Made by a program: the position numbers and the translations under genes
Shown: positions 1 through 9,075 of the stretch, piece by piece
Position numbering within the stretch: the stretch's first letter is position 1
Layout: each line of letters starts with the position of its first letter
The notes under the pieces: model-generated
The model's database searches: none
Seen by the model: only the letters and a program-made list of their open reading frames with translations
Told to the model about the DNA's origin: nothing
DNA from: Patescibacteria group bacterium
Lineage (GTDB): Bacteria; Patescibacteriota; Patescibacteriia; UBA10025; JAHIVO01
Length of the DNA: 64,000 nucleotides
NCBI GenBank assembly: GCA_043808365.1
Contig: JAZDEZ010000021.1
Location: 128,403-192,402 of the forward strand
Reading direction: 5' to 3'

Positions 1-183
1 TGTGTCCAGACCGGCGAGCGGGTCGTCGTGGTTGGCAAGGTAAAGCCATGGACTGACGCATATTTGGAAGCATCGACGTATTACCAGCTCCCTTCTATGC
101 AAGTGTACTTCGGTGATGACAAAAAAATTGATCAGGAATTTTCTAGCAAACTTCGGTGTAAGTTTGAGCTCATTGTCACATAG
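1..183 (+). CDS. 3' end of a CDS truncated by the window edge, product unknown
   Basis: Frame 1 is open from base 1 to TAG at 181-183. An imperfect hairpin plus T-run follows at about 207-236. Confidence 0.4.
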   Translation, partial: CVQTGERVVVVGKVKPWTDAYLEASTYYQLPSMQVYFGDDKKIDQEFSSKLRCKFELIVT

Positions 184-317
184 CATGTTTTTTACCTCAT
201 TTTTTAGGATCCTGCCTGTTGCGGGGTCCTTTTTTAATTCCATGCAAGCATGGTTGCATATCAGATGGGATTATAGTATGCTGAAGCTCGGTTTAAGATA
301 ATTCTTTAGGGTTGATT

Positions 318-1241
318 ATGAAACCATTTTTGGTCATTGGCCCCTTACTTTTGGATGTGACCGTACCGTTGCGTACCCGTCATGGCGTTGCGGCCGTCCT
401 TCCCCGAGTGCATATCGGCGGAAAAGGGTTTAATATTTCCAATGTTCTCGCCATGCTTAATGTGCCCGTGGTACTGTCGACCGCCTACGGCCAAGACCAA
501 ATTGGAAAATTTATTCAGCGCCGTTTAGGACGGATGCGGATCGGTAATCCGAAATCAAATATTGTAAAGTGGCCAACTGGTATTTTTGTAGGAGTAATCA
601 ATGATGTAGGTGATACCATATATGACAAGGCAGATACCTCGATATACCGGCATCAGAATGTGCCGCAACCAGATTGGCGGACAATTAGTACGGTCATAGT
701 ACTTTCCTCTTCCCGCTTAGAGATTTTTCAACGGTTGAGGGCGGTCAAGAAACGTTGGCCGCATCTGATTTTCTGCTTGGAAGTTTCCGGCAGTACATGG
801 CTGGACGGAGCTGTGCCGTTTTTTGGCATGTTTGATTTTTTTATTTGTAATGAAAAAGAAGCCTCCGCGCTCGCGGTACGTCTGCATGCCGGTCAATCCA
901 TCCGGCAGCTAATTCGCCATTTACATCTGCGGGGGGTGCGACAAATTTTTATCACCCAAGGGAAGCGCGGCATGACCTATGGACATACAGACGGGCACGG
1001 GTTAGTCATCCGACATGCATCGATTCATCGCGAGCCAGGCCGGTTTGTTTCCACAATTGGAGCCGGCGATACCACGACTGCTACTCTCTGCGCAGGATTG
1101 TACAGGTACCAGCTTCCGGTTCAGATGGCGGTGGGGGTAGCTATGAAAATGGCTGCATATACCCTGCGCCAGGCTTCCCCGTATGTAGCATCAGTGCCAC
1201 GGCATATCAGAACACAATTATTTAAAGGAGTGGAAAAATGA
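318..1241 (+). CDS. PfkB-family (ribokinase-like) carbohydrate kinase
   Basis: 309-aa ORF with the C-terminal motif GAGDTTTATLCAGL typical of PfkB kinases. ATG at 318 is preferred over TTG at 312. The stop overlaps the next start (ATGA). Confidence 0.75.
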   Translation: MKPFLVIGPLLLDVTVPLRTRHGVAAVLPRVHIGGKGFNISNVLAMLNVPVVLSTAYGQDQIGKFIQRRLGRMRIGNPKSNIVKWPTGIFVGVINDVGDTIYDKADTSIYRHQNVPQPDWRTISTVIVLSSSRLEIFQRLRAVKKRWPHLIFCLEVSGSTWLDGAVPFFGMFDFFICNEKEASALAVRLHAGQSIRQLIRHLHLRGVRQIFITQGKRGMTYGHTDGHGLVIRHASIHREPGRFVSTIGAGDTTTATLCAGLYRYQLPVQMAVGVAMKMAAYTLRQASPYVASVPRHIRTQLFKGVEK

Positions 1242-2197
1242 GATTTTCAGAACATGTAAAATTAACTCCCCGGGCAGTCGCAGAGACCTTTGCCTCGACG
1301 CAAACTTTTTTGGCATTACCTAAATCTTTGCGCAGGATATTTATCATCGCCAGCGGTTCTTCGTATAGCCAGGGTGTCTATCTGGCGCAGTTGTTTTTCG
1401 ATTATTTGCCATGGCAGGTGGTCTGTGAAAATCCATACAGCTTTGTCCGTCATAGCACCTTTAGGTCATCCGATATCTGCATACATATTTCACAGGAGGG
1501 CCGACGTAATGACAACATCTGCCCGCTGAAGTTTGCCAAAGACCGCGGCGGCCATACAATTTTCATGACATCCAAGCCGTCATCTCCGGCAGCTACATAT
1601 GCGGATGAGGTATACTTCTTTACGCCGGAAACCGAAAAGGTGCTGGTAGCTTCGGCCAGCTATGTGGCCGGGTATGCATTAATGCTCAAATACGTAAATG
1701 CGCAATTAGTCCACCGCACAATGAAATCTATTCCCTACTCACTCAGTGAAATTGTGGAAAGTATCTCGGCAAATATAATTAAAAAATATTCACCGGCAGA
1801 TGAGTACGTAGTTTATTTATATGCCGGGTACGCGCGTTCCACTGCGTTGGAGGGCGCCCTAAAGGCAAATGAATGTTTTTTGACTGATTCTGAAGCATAC
1901 GAGCTCAAGCATTATTCTCACGGGAAACATTTTATCAGCTGGAACCGTCCGCGGACCTTTAATGTGTTATATACTGACAAAGACCAGGATTTAGTAGATA
2001 AGTACCGTAGCACGATTTTCGAGCCACATCATCAGGTGAATTTGATGAAGAGTGGTTTGCCGCAGGAGATGGCAGTGTTTGAGTGGGCGGCGTCTATGCT
2101 GGCTTTTACCGTGCAGAGCATGGCAAAAAAAAATATAGAATTGGGAGACATTCAAATACGTGACAAAATTGTTAAGCCTCACCAGTTTACTTATTAG
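1238..2197 (+). CDS. SIS-domain sugar-phosphate isomerase/binding protein
   Basis: 319-aa ORF with IIASGSSYSQG, a SIS-like phosphosugar-binding motif. It is translationally coupled to the PfkB kinase. Confidence 0.65.
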   Translation: MRFSEHVKLTPRAVAETFASTQTFLALPKSLRRIFIIASGSSYSQGVYLAQLFFDYLPWQVVCENPYSFVRHSTFRSSDICIHISQEGRRNDNICPLKFAKDRGGHTIFMTSKPSSPAATYADEVYFFTPETEKVLVASASYVAGYALMLKYVNAQLVHRTMKSIPYSLSEIVESISANIIKKYSPADEYVVYLYAGYARSTALEGALKANECFLTDSEAYELKHYSHGKHFISWNRPRTFNVLYTDKDQDLVDKYRSTIFEPHHQVNLMKSGLPQEMAVFEWAASMLAFTVQSMAKKNIELGDIQIRDKIVKPHQFTY

Positions 2198-2287
2198 ACA
2201 TCTGATTTTTTCCAGGTAGAATGACCGACAAAGGAATTAATAGGCCCATTTATATTGAGGGCTTTTTGGTATTCGGCAGAATGAAAT

Positions 2288-3289
2288 TCATCGCCAGTTG
2301 ATGTTGATGCTGGACACGCCAACATCAAAATCCAAATCAATTTTTTTCTGGGCAGTGGAATAGTTTTCCGTGGCGTAATTGTTTTCGTCTATTTTTTTGA
2401 AGTTCGGGAAATTTTTCGAGGACAGGCCGGCATCGATATGAATTTTGGATCCGGCGCCGTTCGGCAGGCTGATATTGAACGAACTGGCCCCTGCATCGAT
2501 ATCCAGTTTGGCCAGGGCCGGGATGTCCCCGAGCGCCAAATCCATGCTGGAGGCGCCGGTATTGATGGTAATCTCTTCGGCATTTATTTTCTTCAGGTCT
2601 ATGTTCATGCTCATGGCCCCGGTATCCAGTTTCAGCTTGATGGGCAGGGATTCGTTCAGCGCCAGGTTCATATTGTTGGTCCGGTGGCTGAGGCCGCTCC
2701 AAGTGACGGCCTCCTCCTTGATCGTGGCAGTCTGAACAGCATCACTGATAGATGAATTGGTTGAGGCTTTGGTTACGTTTGATTCCAGGGTGCCATTCAC
2801 CAGATCGGTAGCTCCACCTTTTATGCCTAGGGTCCCGGCACCGGCCTTAATTTCCAAGACAGCGCTGGTGGCCGCCGCTTCTTTAATAATGGCAACCGTG
2901 TCAGTGGTGACCGCCGTATTTGAATTGTTTGCCGGGGTAAAGATTAATAAGGCCGCGATGCCCAGAATGGCAATCGTAATGATGATGCCGATCGCGCCGG
3001 ACATCCAGCCTTTGCCCCCGAGCATGGACAGGCCGATGAAGACGATGATGAGCGGCCAGAGACGGCCCCAGTCCAGGTTGACGTTGATGCCCGCCCACCC
3101 GTTGGCCTGGGCCAGGTAGACGACGCCGATAAAGATAATGATTATCCCGACAATTATCCGGCCGAATTGGAACCGGCTTTTGGCCGGATAATGGTGATGG
3201 TGGATTTCCTTGACCGTTTCTGGCGGCGGCGCTTGCGGTTCGGATGCGGTTTTCGGCGCCTCCGGTTGCGATGGCGTTGGCTCTTCCAT
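2288..3289 (-). CDS. membrane protein with Pro-rich N-terminus, TM block and a C-terminal LiaF/DUF4097-like repetitive beta domain
   Basis: 333-aa ORF. It shows repeated (D/N)xGAxSxNI-type segments and lies directly downstream of a PspC-domain gene. Confidence 0.55.
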   Translation of the reverse strand: MEEPTPSQPEAPKTASEPQAPPPETVKEIHHHHYPAKSRFQFGRIIVGIIIIFIGVVYLAQANGWAGINVNLDWGRLWPLIIVFIGLSMLGGKGWMSGAIGIIITIAILGIAALLIFTPANNSNTAVTTDTVAIIKEAAATSAVLEIKAGAGTLGIKGGATDLVNGTLESNVTKASTNSSISDAVQTATIKEEAVTWSGLSHRTNNMNLALNESLPIKLKLDTGAMSMNIDLKKINAEEITINTGASSMDLALGDIPALAKLDIDAGASSFNISLPNGAGSKIHIDAGLSSKNFPNFKKIDENNYATENYSTAQKKIDLDFDVGVSSININWR

Positions 3290-3290
3290 A

Positions 3291-3680
3291 TTATTTTTTA
3301 ATTATTAAGTAAATCCCGAAGATGACCAGGATGGCTGGCCAGAACAGGTGCAGGTTCCACCACGGCCATTGGGCAAATTGGTTCAGCAAGGCGACCAGTC
3401 CGACGATTATTAAAATCACGGCGACCAAATTGCGTTTGTTTGCCAGCCAGGCGTTTGTTTGTGGTGGGACGACGGTCGGGCTTCCCTCAGGTTCGAGCGG
3501 CAGGACGATGGCCAGGATCAGGTAGATGAGGATGCCGATGCCGTCCGCCAGGGCGATTGCCACAAAAATAATGCGGACGATGGTCACGTCGACGTTCAGG
3601 TAGCTGGCCAGACCGGCGCAGACGCCCGCGATCATTTTATTGGTACGGGCTCGGTAGAGTTTTTTGGCGTTTGTTTCCAT
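3291..3680 (-). CDS. PspC-domain membrane protein
   Basis: The N-terminal sequence LYRARTNKMIAGVCAGLASYLNVDVTIVRIIFV matches the PspC domain signature. Two further TM segments follow. Confidence 0.8.
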   Translation of the reverse strand: METNAKKLYRARTNKMIAGVCAGLASYLNVDVTIVRIIFVAIALADGIGILIYLILAIVLPLEPEGSPTVVPPQTNAWLANKRNLVAVILIIVGLVALLNQFAQWPWWNLHLFWPAILVIFGIYLIIKK

Positions 3681-3757
3681 AAGTTGAGAGCGTTGAATAA
3701 TTATGAAACGCTTTTATCCCGGGCGGTAGCGGGGGATCTTTTTGACTGTTATTGGAG

Positions 3758-3805
3758 ATCCCTCATTTCATTCGGGATGAGATTGTTGAATTATTCAACA
3801 ATCTC
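3758..3805. repeat. two adjacent hairpins of the window-wide palindrome family
   Basis: ATCCC-TCATTTCATTC-GGGAT at 3758-3778 is followed by the perfect 13-bp-arm palindrome GAGATTGTTGAAT-T-ATTCAACAATCTC at 3779-3805. It shares TTCGGGATGAGATT with 33345-33358. Confidence 0.8.
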
Positions 3806-3808
3806 AAA

Positions 3809-4126
3809 TTATGCATTTCTGATAATAAGCATGATCCCTATGTAGCAGATGAGTTCCACGGCCAGCCAGCCGATGGTATAGAACATGAAGACGATCCCTT
3901 CCCGGCGCAGGCCGGTCAGGAACAGATAGGCCGGGCGGCCGAGCACCAGCAAGCCGACTATGGCGGCCGAGACGCAGAATAGCAGGAGTATAGCGACCGC
4001 CCCGAAGACATTGTCAGCTTCTCCGAATACCTTCGAGCCATTCATCATAAAGGTGGCCACAGCACTGACGTACGCGACGACGATCAGGGCATGGATAAGG
4101 CTGGCCAGGAGAGGCTTTTTATACAT
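3809..4126 (-). CDS. small integral membrane protein, function unknown
   Basis: 105-aa ORF with three hydrophobic spans. No recognisable motif. Confidence 0.45.
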   Translation of the reverse strand: MYKKPLLASLIHALIVVAYVSAVATFMMNGSKVFGEADNVFGAVAILLLFCVSAAIVGLLVLGRPAYLFLTGLRREGIVFMFYTIGWLAVELICYIGIMLIIRNA

Positions 4127-4192
4127 GGTTTAGTTCTTAAATAATTGAGTTTTTTATTATATCAGAAAGGCTGTTAGTTGGCCATGAGCTTG

Positions 4193-4221
4193 GAAAAAAA
4201 AGAGCAGCCGAGGGGCTGCTC
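4193..4221 (-). terminator. rho-independent terminator after the 4248-4499 gene
   Basis: GAGCAGCC-GAGG-GGCTGCTC is a perfect 8-bp stem. An A9 run on the plus strand gives a U-run on the minus strand. Confidence 0.8.
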
Positions 4222-4247
4222 AATTGTGATTAGGCGAGGAAAGATGG

Positions 4248-4499
4248 TTAGGGTTGGCGGTCGATATAAATACCGTTTTCCCCAACCCGCAACACGGCAA
4301 TCGCGGCGTTTTCATCTAATTTGCCATCATAGTTGCCGTCAGTAACGCATTTGGCATCTAGGCCGAACAAGTGGTCCCCGATTCTCAAACCCGCCTCACG
4401 TTTATGCTTGCTCACAAATCTTTTTGCGGCGCCAGTGTCTGTAAAAATTTTTTTGAACGGAACCCGACCGTCACTTTTTACTAACCGAAAAGGCTTCAT
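4248..4499 (-). CDS. hypothetical small protein
   Basis: ATG (MKPFRLVK...) is preceded by GGAGGA. The TTG start of the track at 4517 is less likely. Confidence 0.4.
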   Translation of the reverse strand: MKPFRLVKSDGRVPFKKIFTDTGAAKRFVSKHKREAGLRIGDHLFGLDAKCVTDGNYDGKLDENAAIAVLRVGENGIYIDRQP

Positions 4500-4571
4500 G
4501 CCATCCTCCGTTGTCAAAAGGTCTATTCTTTATGTTTCCGAATAATTGTAATCTTTTATTATGATCCAGTC

Positions 4572-4679
4572 AACCCCGTTAGAAAATGTACAAAGAATCA
4601 TTTCCTTATAGAAGGACAGTAATTGATATTAACTTTCCCTAATTGTATGAACAATAATTGTACATTTTCTAACGGGGTT
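4572..4679. mobile_element. 108-bp MITE-like element with perfect 22-bp terminal inverted repeats
   Basis: AACCCCGTTAGAAAATGTACAA at 4572-4593 has its exact reverse complement at 4658-4679. The right end overlaps the mgtA stop codon. The termini resemble those flanking the GIY-YIG ORF at 62940/63217. Confidence 0.7.
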
Positions 4680-7221
4680 ATCTCGCTTGGGCCGCCTTTT
4701 TTTCAAGATGCCGATAAAACCAAACTTTAACCCCTTGGACGCAAACCAGGTAAATGACGACCAGGCCGGTAATGGCGGCGAGCATGCCCCAGGAGAGCGG
4801 CTCGAATTTCAGGTATTTATTGAGGAATATGTACGGCAGGATCCACCCCAGGATGACCGAACCAAGCGTGGTTGCCAATAAAATGCGGCTCGGCGAGCTT
4901 TGGATGAACGGTATCTTTCTTGTCCGGATGACGTAAATGACGAATGTCTGGGTGGCCAGTGATTCCATGAACCAGGCGGCCTGGAACTGGTGCACCGCCG
5001 GGTGGAACAGGTAGTATAGGGCGCCGATAGTGGCGAAATCGAAAATCGAACTGATCGGCCCGAAGACAAACATGTATTTGCGGATGAAGGAAATGTCCCA
5101 TTTCAATGGTTTCCGGATGTCCCGCTGGTCGACCTTGTCAGTTGAAATGGTGAATTGGGAAGAATCATACATCAGGTTATTGAGCAGGACCTGCGACGGC
5201 AGCATCGGGAAAAATGGCAGAATGGCTGACAGGCCGGCCATGGAAAACATATTGCCGAAGTTCGAGCTCAAGCCCATCAGGATGTATTTCATGGTGTTTT
5301 GGAATGTCTTGCGGCCTTCGATCACGCCGTCGCGCAGTACGCGCATGCTTTTATGAAGCAAAATGATGTCAGCGGTGTCTTTGGCCACGTCCACCGCGTT
5401 GTTGACCGAGATGCCGACGTCGGCGGCGCGCAGTGCCGGGGCGTCATTGATGCCGTCGCCCAGGTAGCCGACGGAGTGTTTGGCTTTTTTCAGGATCAGG
5501 ATGATGCGCTCTTTTTGCGCCGGCGCAATGCGGGCAAAGATGGTCGTCCGGCTGGCCAGGTGGATGAGTTCGTCGTCATTCATGTGCAGGAGCTCGTTGC
5601 CGGTCGTTACGCCGCGGACCGGCAGGCCGATGTCGCGGCAGACTTTTTCCGTCAGGAGTTCGCTGTCGCCGGTCAGGATTTTTATTTCCACGCCCAAGCT
5701 GGCCAGCTCGCTGATCGCTTCGGTCACGGATTGTTTCGGAGGGTCGTAGAACGCGACGAACCCCAAGAAATTCATGTCCCGTTCGTCTGGATTGGCGTAC
5801 GGCCCGGTTTGAAGCTTGGCCGGCTTGTATGACACACCCAGGACCCGGAAACCGTCGCGGCTTAAGGCGTCGTATTCATGCTGGGCCGCTTCGCGGTTCA
5901 GTCCGTCAAACGGCAGGTCGCGCCCGCCGGAGCGGTAGGTCTTGCAGATCGGCAGGACGAATTCCGGCGCGCCTTTCGTGATCATCGTTCTTTTATTTTC
6001 TTTTTCCACGACGATGGATTCCCGCCGGCGCTGGAAATCAAACGGCAGTTCATCATATTTTTTATAGCCAGTCACGTCAAGATGCGTAAATTCGCGGATG
6101 GCGCCATCAAGCGGGTTTTTGACGCCGGTATGGAAGATGCTGTTCAGGTACGTAAAATAGAGGACTTCATCTGAATCATGGCCGGACCAGTCCACGTGCC
6201 TGACGAGCGTAATCTTGTTTTCAGTCAATGTGCCGGTTTTGTCGGTACAGAGGATGTCCATGCTGCCGAGGTTCTGGATGGAGGACAGGTTCTTCACGAT
6301 CACGTTTTTTTTTGACATCTTCATCGAGCCGTGGCTCAATGCCAGGGCGATGATCATGGGCAGGAGTTCCGGCGTCAGGCCGATGGCGATGGCCAGGGCG
6401 AAGATGAACGATTCGAAAATCCCGCGGTGCACGAATGCGTTGATGCCGAAGACCAGCACCACCAGCACGAACGTCACCTGCATGATCAGGTAGCTGAATT
6501 TTTTTATGCCTTTCTCGAAATCGGTTTCCTCCGGATTGGCCGCCAGACGTTCGGCAATGGCGCCGTATTTCGTGGACGCACCGGTCTTGTCTACTCGGAC
6601 GGTCGCGTATCCGGTGACGACGCTTGAGCCCATGAATACCAGATCCCGCCTTTCCGTATCGGTGAGTGTCGCGTCGATCGCGTTGGTCGCCGGCTCTTTC
6701 TCGACGGGGAACGATTCGCCAGTGAGAGCTGACTGGTTGATGAACAGATCCTTTGCCGTAAGAACCACGCAATCCGCCGGAATGATGTCGCCGGCCGTCA
6801 ATTGCACCATGTCTCCCGGGACGATTTCATTTATTTTTAATTCCTGCTCCCGGCTATCGCGTACAACGGTAGCGGTAACTGCTACTTTGGAAATGAGTGA
6901 TTGGGTGGCTTTTTCTGACCGCCGGGTATTCACGAAATCCAAAATAGCCGACATGGAGACCATGATCAGGATGATGATCGCGTCGGTGTTTTGGCCGAGG
7001 AAGATGGAGACGATCGAGGCGGCGATCAGGAGGAGGATGAGCGGGCTTTGGAATTTTTTCAGGAACGCGACCACCGGCCGCATCCGTTTCTTTTTTGCGA
7101 TCACATTCTCCCCGTATTGCTGGAGGCGACGCGCCGCTTCGGCTGAAGTCAGCCCAACAATTTCCTGGCCAGCGGTCGGATGAATCGAATTATTTTTGGA
7201 CTGAGGTTTTTTGCGGAGCAT
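4678..7221 (-). CDS. mgtA: Mg2+-importing P-type ATPase
   Basis: 847 aa with DKTGTLTENK phosphorylation motif, GDGINDAPAL hinge motif and the TM layout typical of MgtA/MgtB. Confidence 0.9.
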   Translation of the reverse strand: MLRKKPQSKNNSIHPTAGQEIVGLTSAEAARRLQQYGENVIAKKKRMRPVVAFLKKFQSPLILLLIAASIVSIFLGQNTDAIIILIMVSMSAILDFVNTRRSEKATQSLISKVAVTATVVRDSREQELKINEIVPGDMVQLTAGDIIPADCVVLTAKDLFINQSALTGESFPVEKEPATNAIDATLTDTERRDLVFMGSSVVTGYATVRVDKTGASTKYGAIAERLAANPEETDFEKGIKKFSYLIMQVTFVLVVLVFGINAFVHRGIFESFIFALAIAIGLTPELLPMIIALALSHGSMKMSKKNVIVKNLSSIQNLGSMDILCTDKTGTLTENKITLVRHVDWSGHDSDEVLYFTYLNSIFHTGVKNPLDGAIREFTHLDVTGYKKYDELPFDFQRRRESIVVEKENKRTMITKGAPEFVLPICKTYRSGGRDLPFDGLNREAAQHEYDALSRDGFRVLGVSYKPAKLQTGPYANPDERDMNFLGFVAFYDPPKQSVTEAISELASLGVEIKILTGDSELLTEKVCRDIGLPVRGVTTGNELLHMNDDELIHLASRTTIFARIAPAQKERIILILKKAKHSVGYLGDGINDAPALRAADVGISVNNAVDVAKDTADIILLHKSMRVLRDGVIEGRKTFQNTMKYILMGLSSNFGNMFSMAGLSAILPFFPMLPSQVLLNNLMYDSSQFTISTDKVDQRDIRKPLKWDISFIRKYMFVFGPISSIFDFATIGALYYLFHPAVHQFQAAWFMESLATQTFVIYVIRTRKIPFIQSSPSRILLATTLGSVILGWILPYIFLNKYLKFEPLSWGMLAAITGLVVIYLVCVQGVKVWFYRHLEKKAAQAR

Positions 7222-7294
7222 GGGGGTTCGGTACTAAAAAACCTCTTATAGTATACAATACCCGTTATGAAAAAACTATTGCCCGGGGCTTCGT

Positions 7295-7430
7295 GATTCT
7301 CCTCCGCATTAATACTCCGCAGCTTGGCCTGCTCCGCCGACCTTCCTACGCCCGCCGAAGCAGGCTTCGCGAAGGCGGGAGTAGCTTCGGCTACGAAGGC
7401 TGGACTGCGGGGAAACAAATGAGGAGAATC
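7295..7430. repeat. roughly 136-nt long imperfect palindrome upstream of mgtA
   Basis: The outer perfect 10-bp arms are GATTCTCCTC (7295-7304) and GAGGAGAATC (7421-7430). Inner arms include GCCCGCC/GGCGGGA. Further hairpins lie at 7430-7453 and 7521-7540. Confidence 0.7.
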
Positions 7431-7597
7431 CTCCGAAGCGCAAGCGAAGGAGGATAGCTAGCTACTCGCCGTCGCGTAGCCGCTCTGGCGGAGCACGGCG
7501 GAGAATGAACATATCTCTTGGCTGACGATACCTCGTCAGCTTGCCGTGAGGTAGTTCATTGTTCCATTTTACGCAGTGAGATACAATATGGGCATAT

Positions 7598-8317
7598 ATG
7601 CATTTGAAAATTGCGACGTTTAATTTTTGGGGGCTGCCCTGGCCGTTTGCGATTAGGAAAAAGGCGCGGTTGCGGATGCTGGCGGAGATGATCCGGCGGG
7701 AACAAATCGACGTGCTTGGTTGTCAGGAAGTATGGTTCAACCGTGATATTTCCTTTCTTACCCGTCAATTCCCCCAGTACTATGCTCATGCGCCCCGATC
7801 GCGTGTATATAATCGCAGTGGGCTGTTATTGCTATCGCGTTTGCCGCTATGCGATTGCGCGACGGTTCTATTTGACATGCCGATGATTACCTACGAGTTT
7901 CCGTCGCGGAAAGGCTTATTGAGCGCGAGCATCAAATTAGACGGCCAGATGACGCGGATTATCAACACGCATTTACTGTTTACCGCAAAGCCCGGACAAA
8001 GCGATCTCCAGAAGCGGCAATCTGCCCAGTTGATGCAGGTTTTGGATAACCGGCCGACACTGCTGCTCGGCGATTTCAACTGTGACGCTAGCGCCTTGCG
8101 CCTGCCGCCGCAGTGGCGCCTGATTTCCGAAAGTGCCAAGCCGTCAATAAGCATGTCCAACCGGTACGCAAAAATGCGGCTGAATAGAATCGGGATGTCA
8201 GACCGTTTGCCGGATTACATTTTTTCGAATTTTAACGTCCAGGCAGTGAAGACCCGCCTTATCACGGACCCGATCATGTCAGACCATTATCCGGTCGTGA
8301 GCGAGATCGAGGCGTAA
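7598..8317 (+). CDS. endonuclease/exonuclease/phosphatase (EEP) family protein
   Basis: 239 aa with the start IATFNFWGLPWP and the C-terminal SDHYPV motif, both typical of the EEP/sphingomyelinase-like fold. Confidence 0.75.
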   Translation: MHLKIATFNFWGLPWPFAIRKKARLRMLAEMIRREQIDVLGCQEVWFNRDISFLTRQFPQYYAHAPRSRVYNRSGLLLLSRLPLCDCATVLFDMPMITYEFPSRKGLLSASIKLDGQMTRIINTHLLFTAKPGQSDLQKRQSAQLMQVLDNRPTLLLGDFNCDASALRLPPQWRLISESAKPSISMSNRYAKMRLNRIGMSDRLPDYIFSNFNVQAVKTRLITDPIMSDHYPVVSEIEA

Positions 8318-8326
8318 AATTGCCGA

Positions 8327-8845
8327 TTATCTTCCCAAGGAAATAATTATTAAAATACCAGCCATGTTAGCAAGCCATGATATGACGGCGAATTGCCAGG
8401 CTTTGAGCTTAGTCAGGCTCATCAGGCCGGCCGACAATTCATCAGGCAATGGGGAGGCGATGATCAGCAGGCCGATGGTGTTCGCCAGCCAGGCCGGCAA
8501 GCGCACGCGTTGATGGAATGAATCCTTGATTTTAGAAAAAAAACCGCTTGTTGACTGCCGTCGGAACAAGGTAAATAAGCCAAAATCATACAGGGCGCAT
8601 CCTAGGCTGGCGATGATCGCCGCCAGTACCGGATTGTTTTCCTCGGTGAGCTCGAACAGGATGATTGTAGCCGTACTGGATGTAAAAGCCGTGCCATACA
8701 GTATGCCGGCCAAAAAGACGCCGGCATAGCCGGCAGAAGCGATGGTCAGTAATAAATCCCTGACGGACGGGAAAAGCATGCCGATGGCGGCTACTGCCAG
8801 GCCGCAGACAAAAAGGATTAGTGAAGTAGTGGATTTTTTTGCCAT
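8327..8845 (-). CDS. polytopic membrane protein (possibly DedA/VTT-like)
   Basis: I use the internal start MAKKSTTSL because the longer track ORF would overlap the upstream gene. It has 5-6 hydrophobic spans. Confidence 0.45.
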   Translation of the reverse strand: MAKKSTTSLILFVCGLAVAAIGMLFPSVRDLLLTIASAGYAGVFLAGILYGTAFTSSTATIILFELTEENNPVLAAIIASLGCALYDFGLFTLFRRQSTSGFFSKIKDSFHQRVRLPAWLANTIGLLIIASPLPDELSAGLMSLTKLKAWQFAVISWLANMAGILIIISLGR

Positions 8846-8853
8846 ACTGCTGT

Positions 8854-9063
8854 TTAATTTTTGTCCTTGCATTCCTTGAATACGGCCGCGTGCGCACACT
8901 CCGGGCCGCGGCAGGGCACCAGGACGCTCAGGCATTGGTCGGCCTTTTTGCATGCCTGTTCATCCAGATCGGAGCATTTTTTCGGCCGGGTCAGGAGAAA
9001 TAATGCCGCACCGCCCACGACAATGATAACTACGGCTAAAATAATGAGGTAGTTTTTTTTCAT
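8854..9063 (-). CDS. small secreted or membrane-anchored Cys-rich protein
   Basis: 69 aa with an N-terminal signal/anchor and 6 Cys in the last 40 residues. It lies directly downstream of the thioredoxin-CcdA fusion gene. Confidence 0.5.
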   Translation of the reverse strand: MKKNYLIILAVVIIVVGGAALFLLTRPKKCSDLDEQACKKADQCLSVLVPCRGPECAHAAVFKECKDKN

Positions 9064-9075
9064 ATTTTAATTATG

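Noticed and set aside
113-301. The 62-aa track ORF at the window start.
   Set aside because: It overlaps the 3' end of the frame-1 CDS and its terminator hairpin. It has no RBS and gives a low-complexity hydrophobic translation.
4687-7183. Many 60-225-aa ORFs antisense to or out of frame within mgtA. The same occurs within pnp, hppA, the NHL gene, the HlyD gene and the helicase.
   Set aside because: They are fully nested in long genes with strong motif support, have biased composition and lack independent start signals. This is typical shadow-ORF behaviour in GC-balanced DNA.
7222-7597. Possible M-box (ykoK) Mg2+ riboswitch upstream of mgtA.
   Set aside because: I could not find the conserved M-box strings (for example GUUAGGUGAGGCU or CUAAAGCUCUACG) on the mgtA-sense strand. 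The region looks like the dispersed palindrome family instead. A cmsearch run would be decisive.
8846-8953. The longer version of the 8327 membrane-protein ORF (208 aa).
   Set aside because: The first 36 codons overlap the end of the upstream Cys-rich gene and translate to a Pro/Arg/Gly-rich non-membrane sequence. The internal MAKKST start gives a tidy 8-nt intergenic gap.
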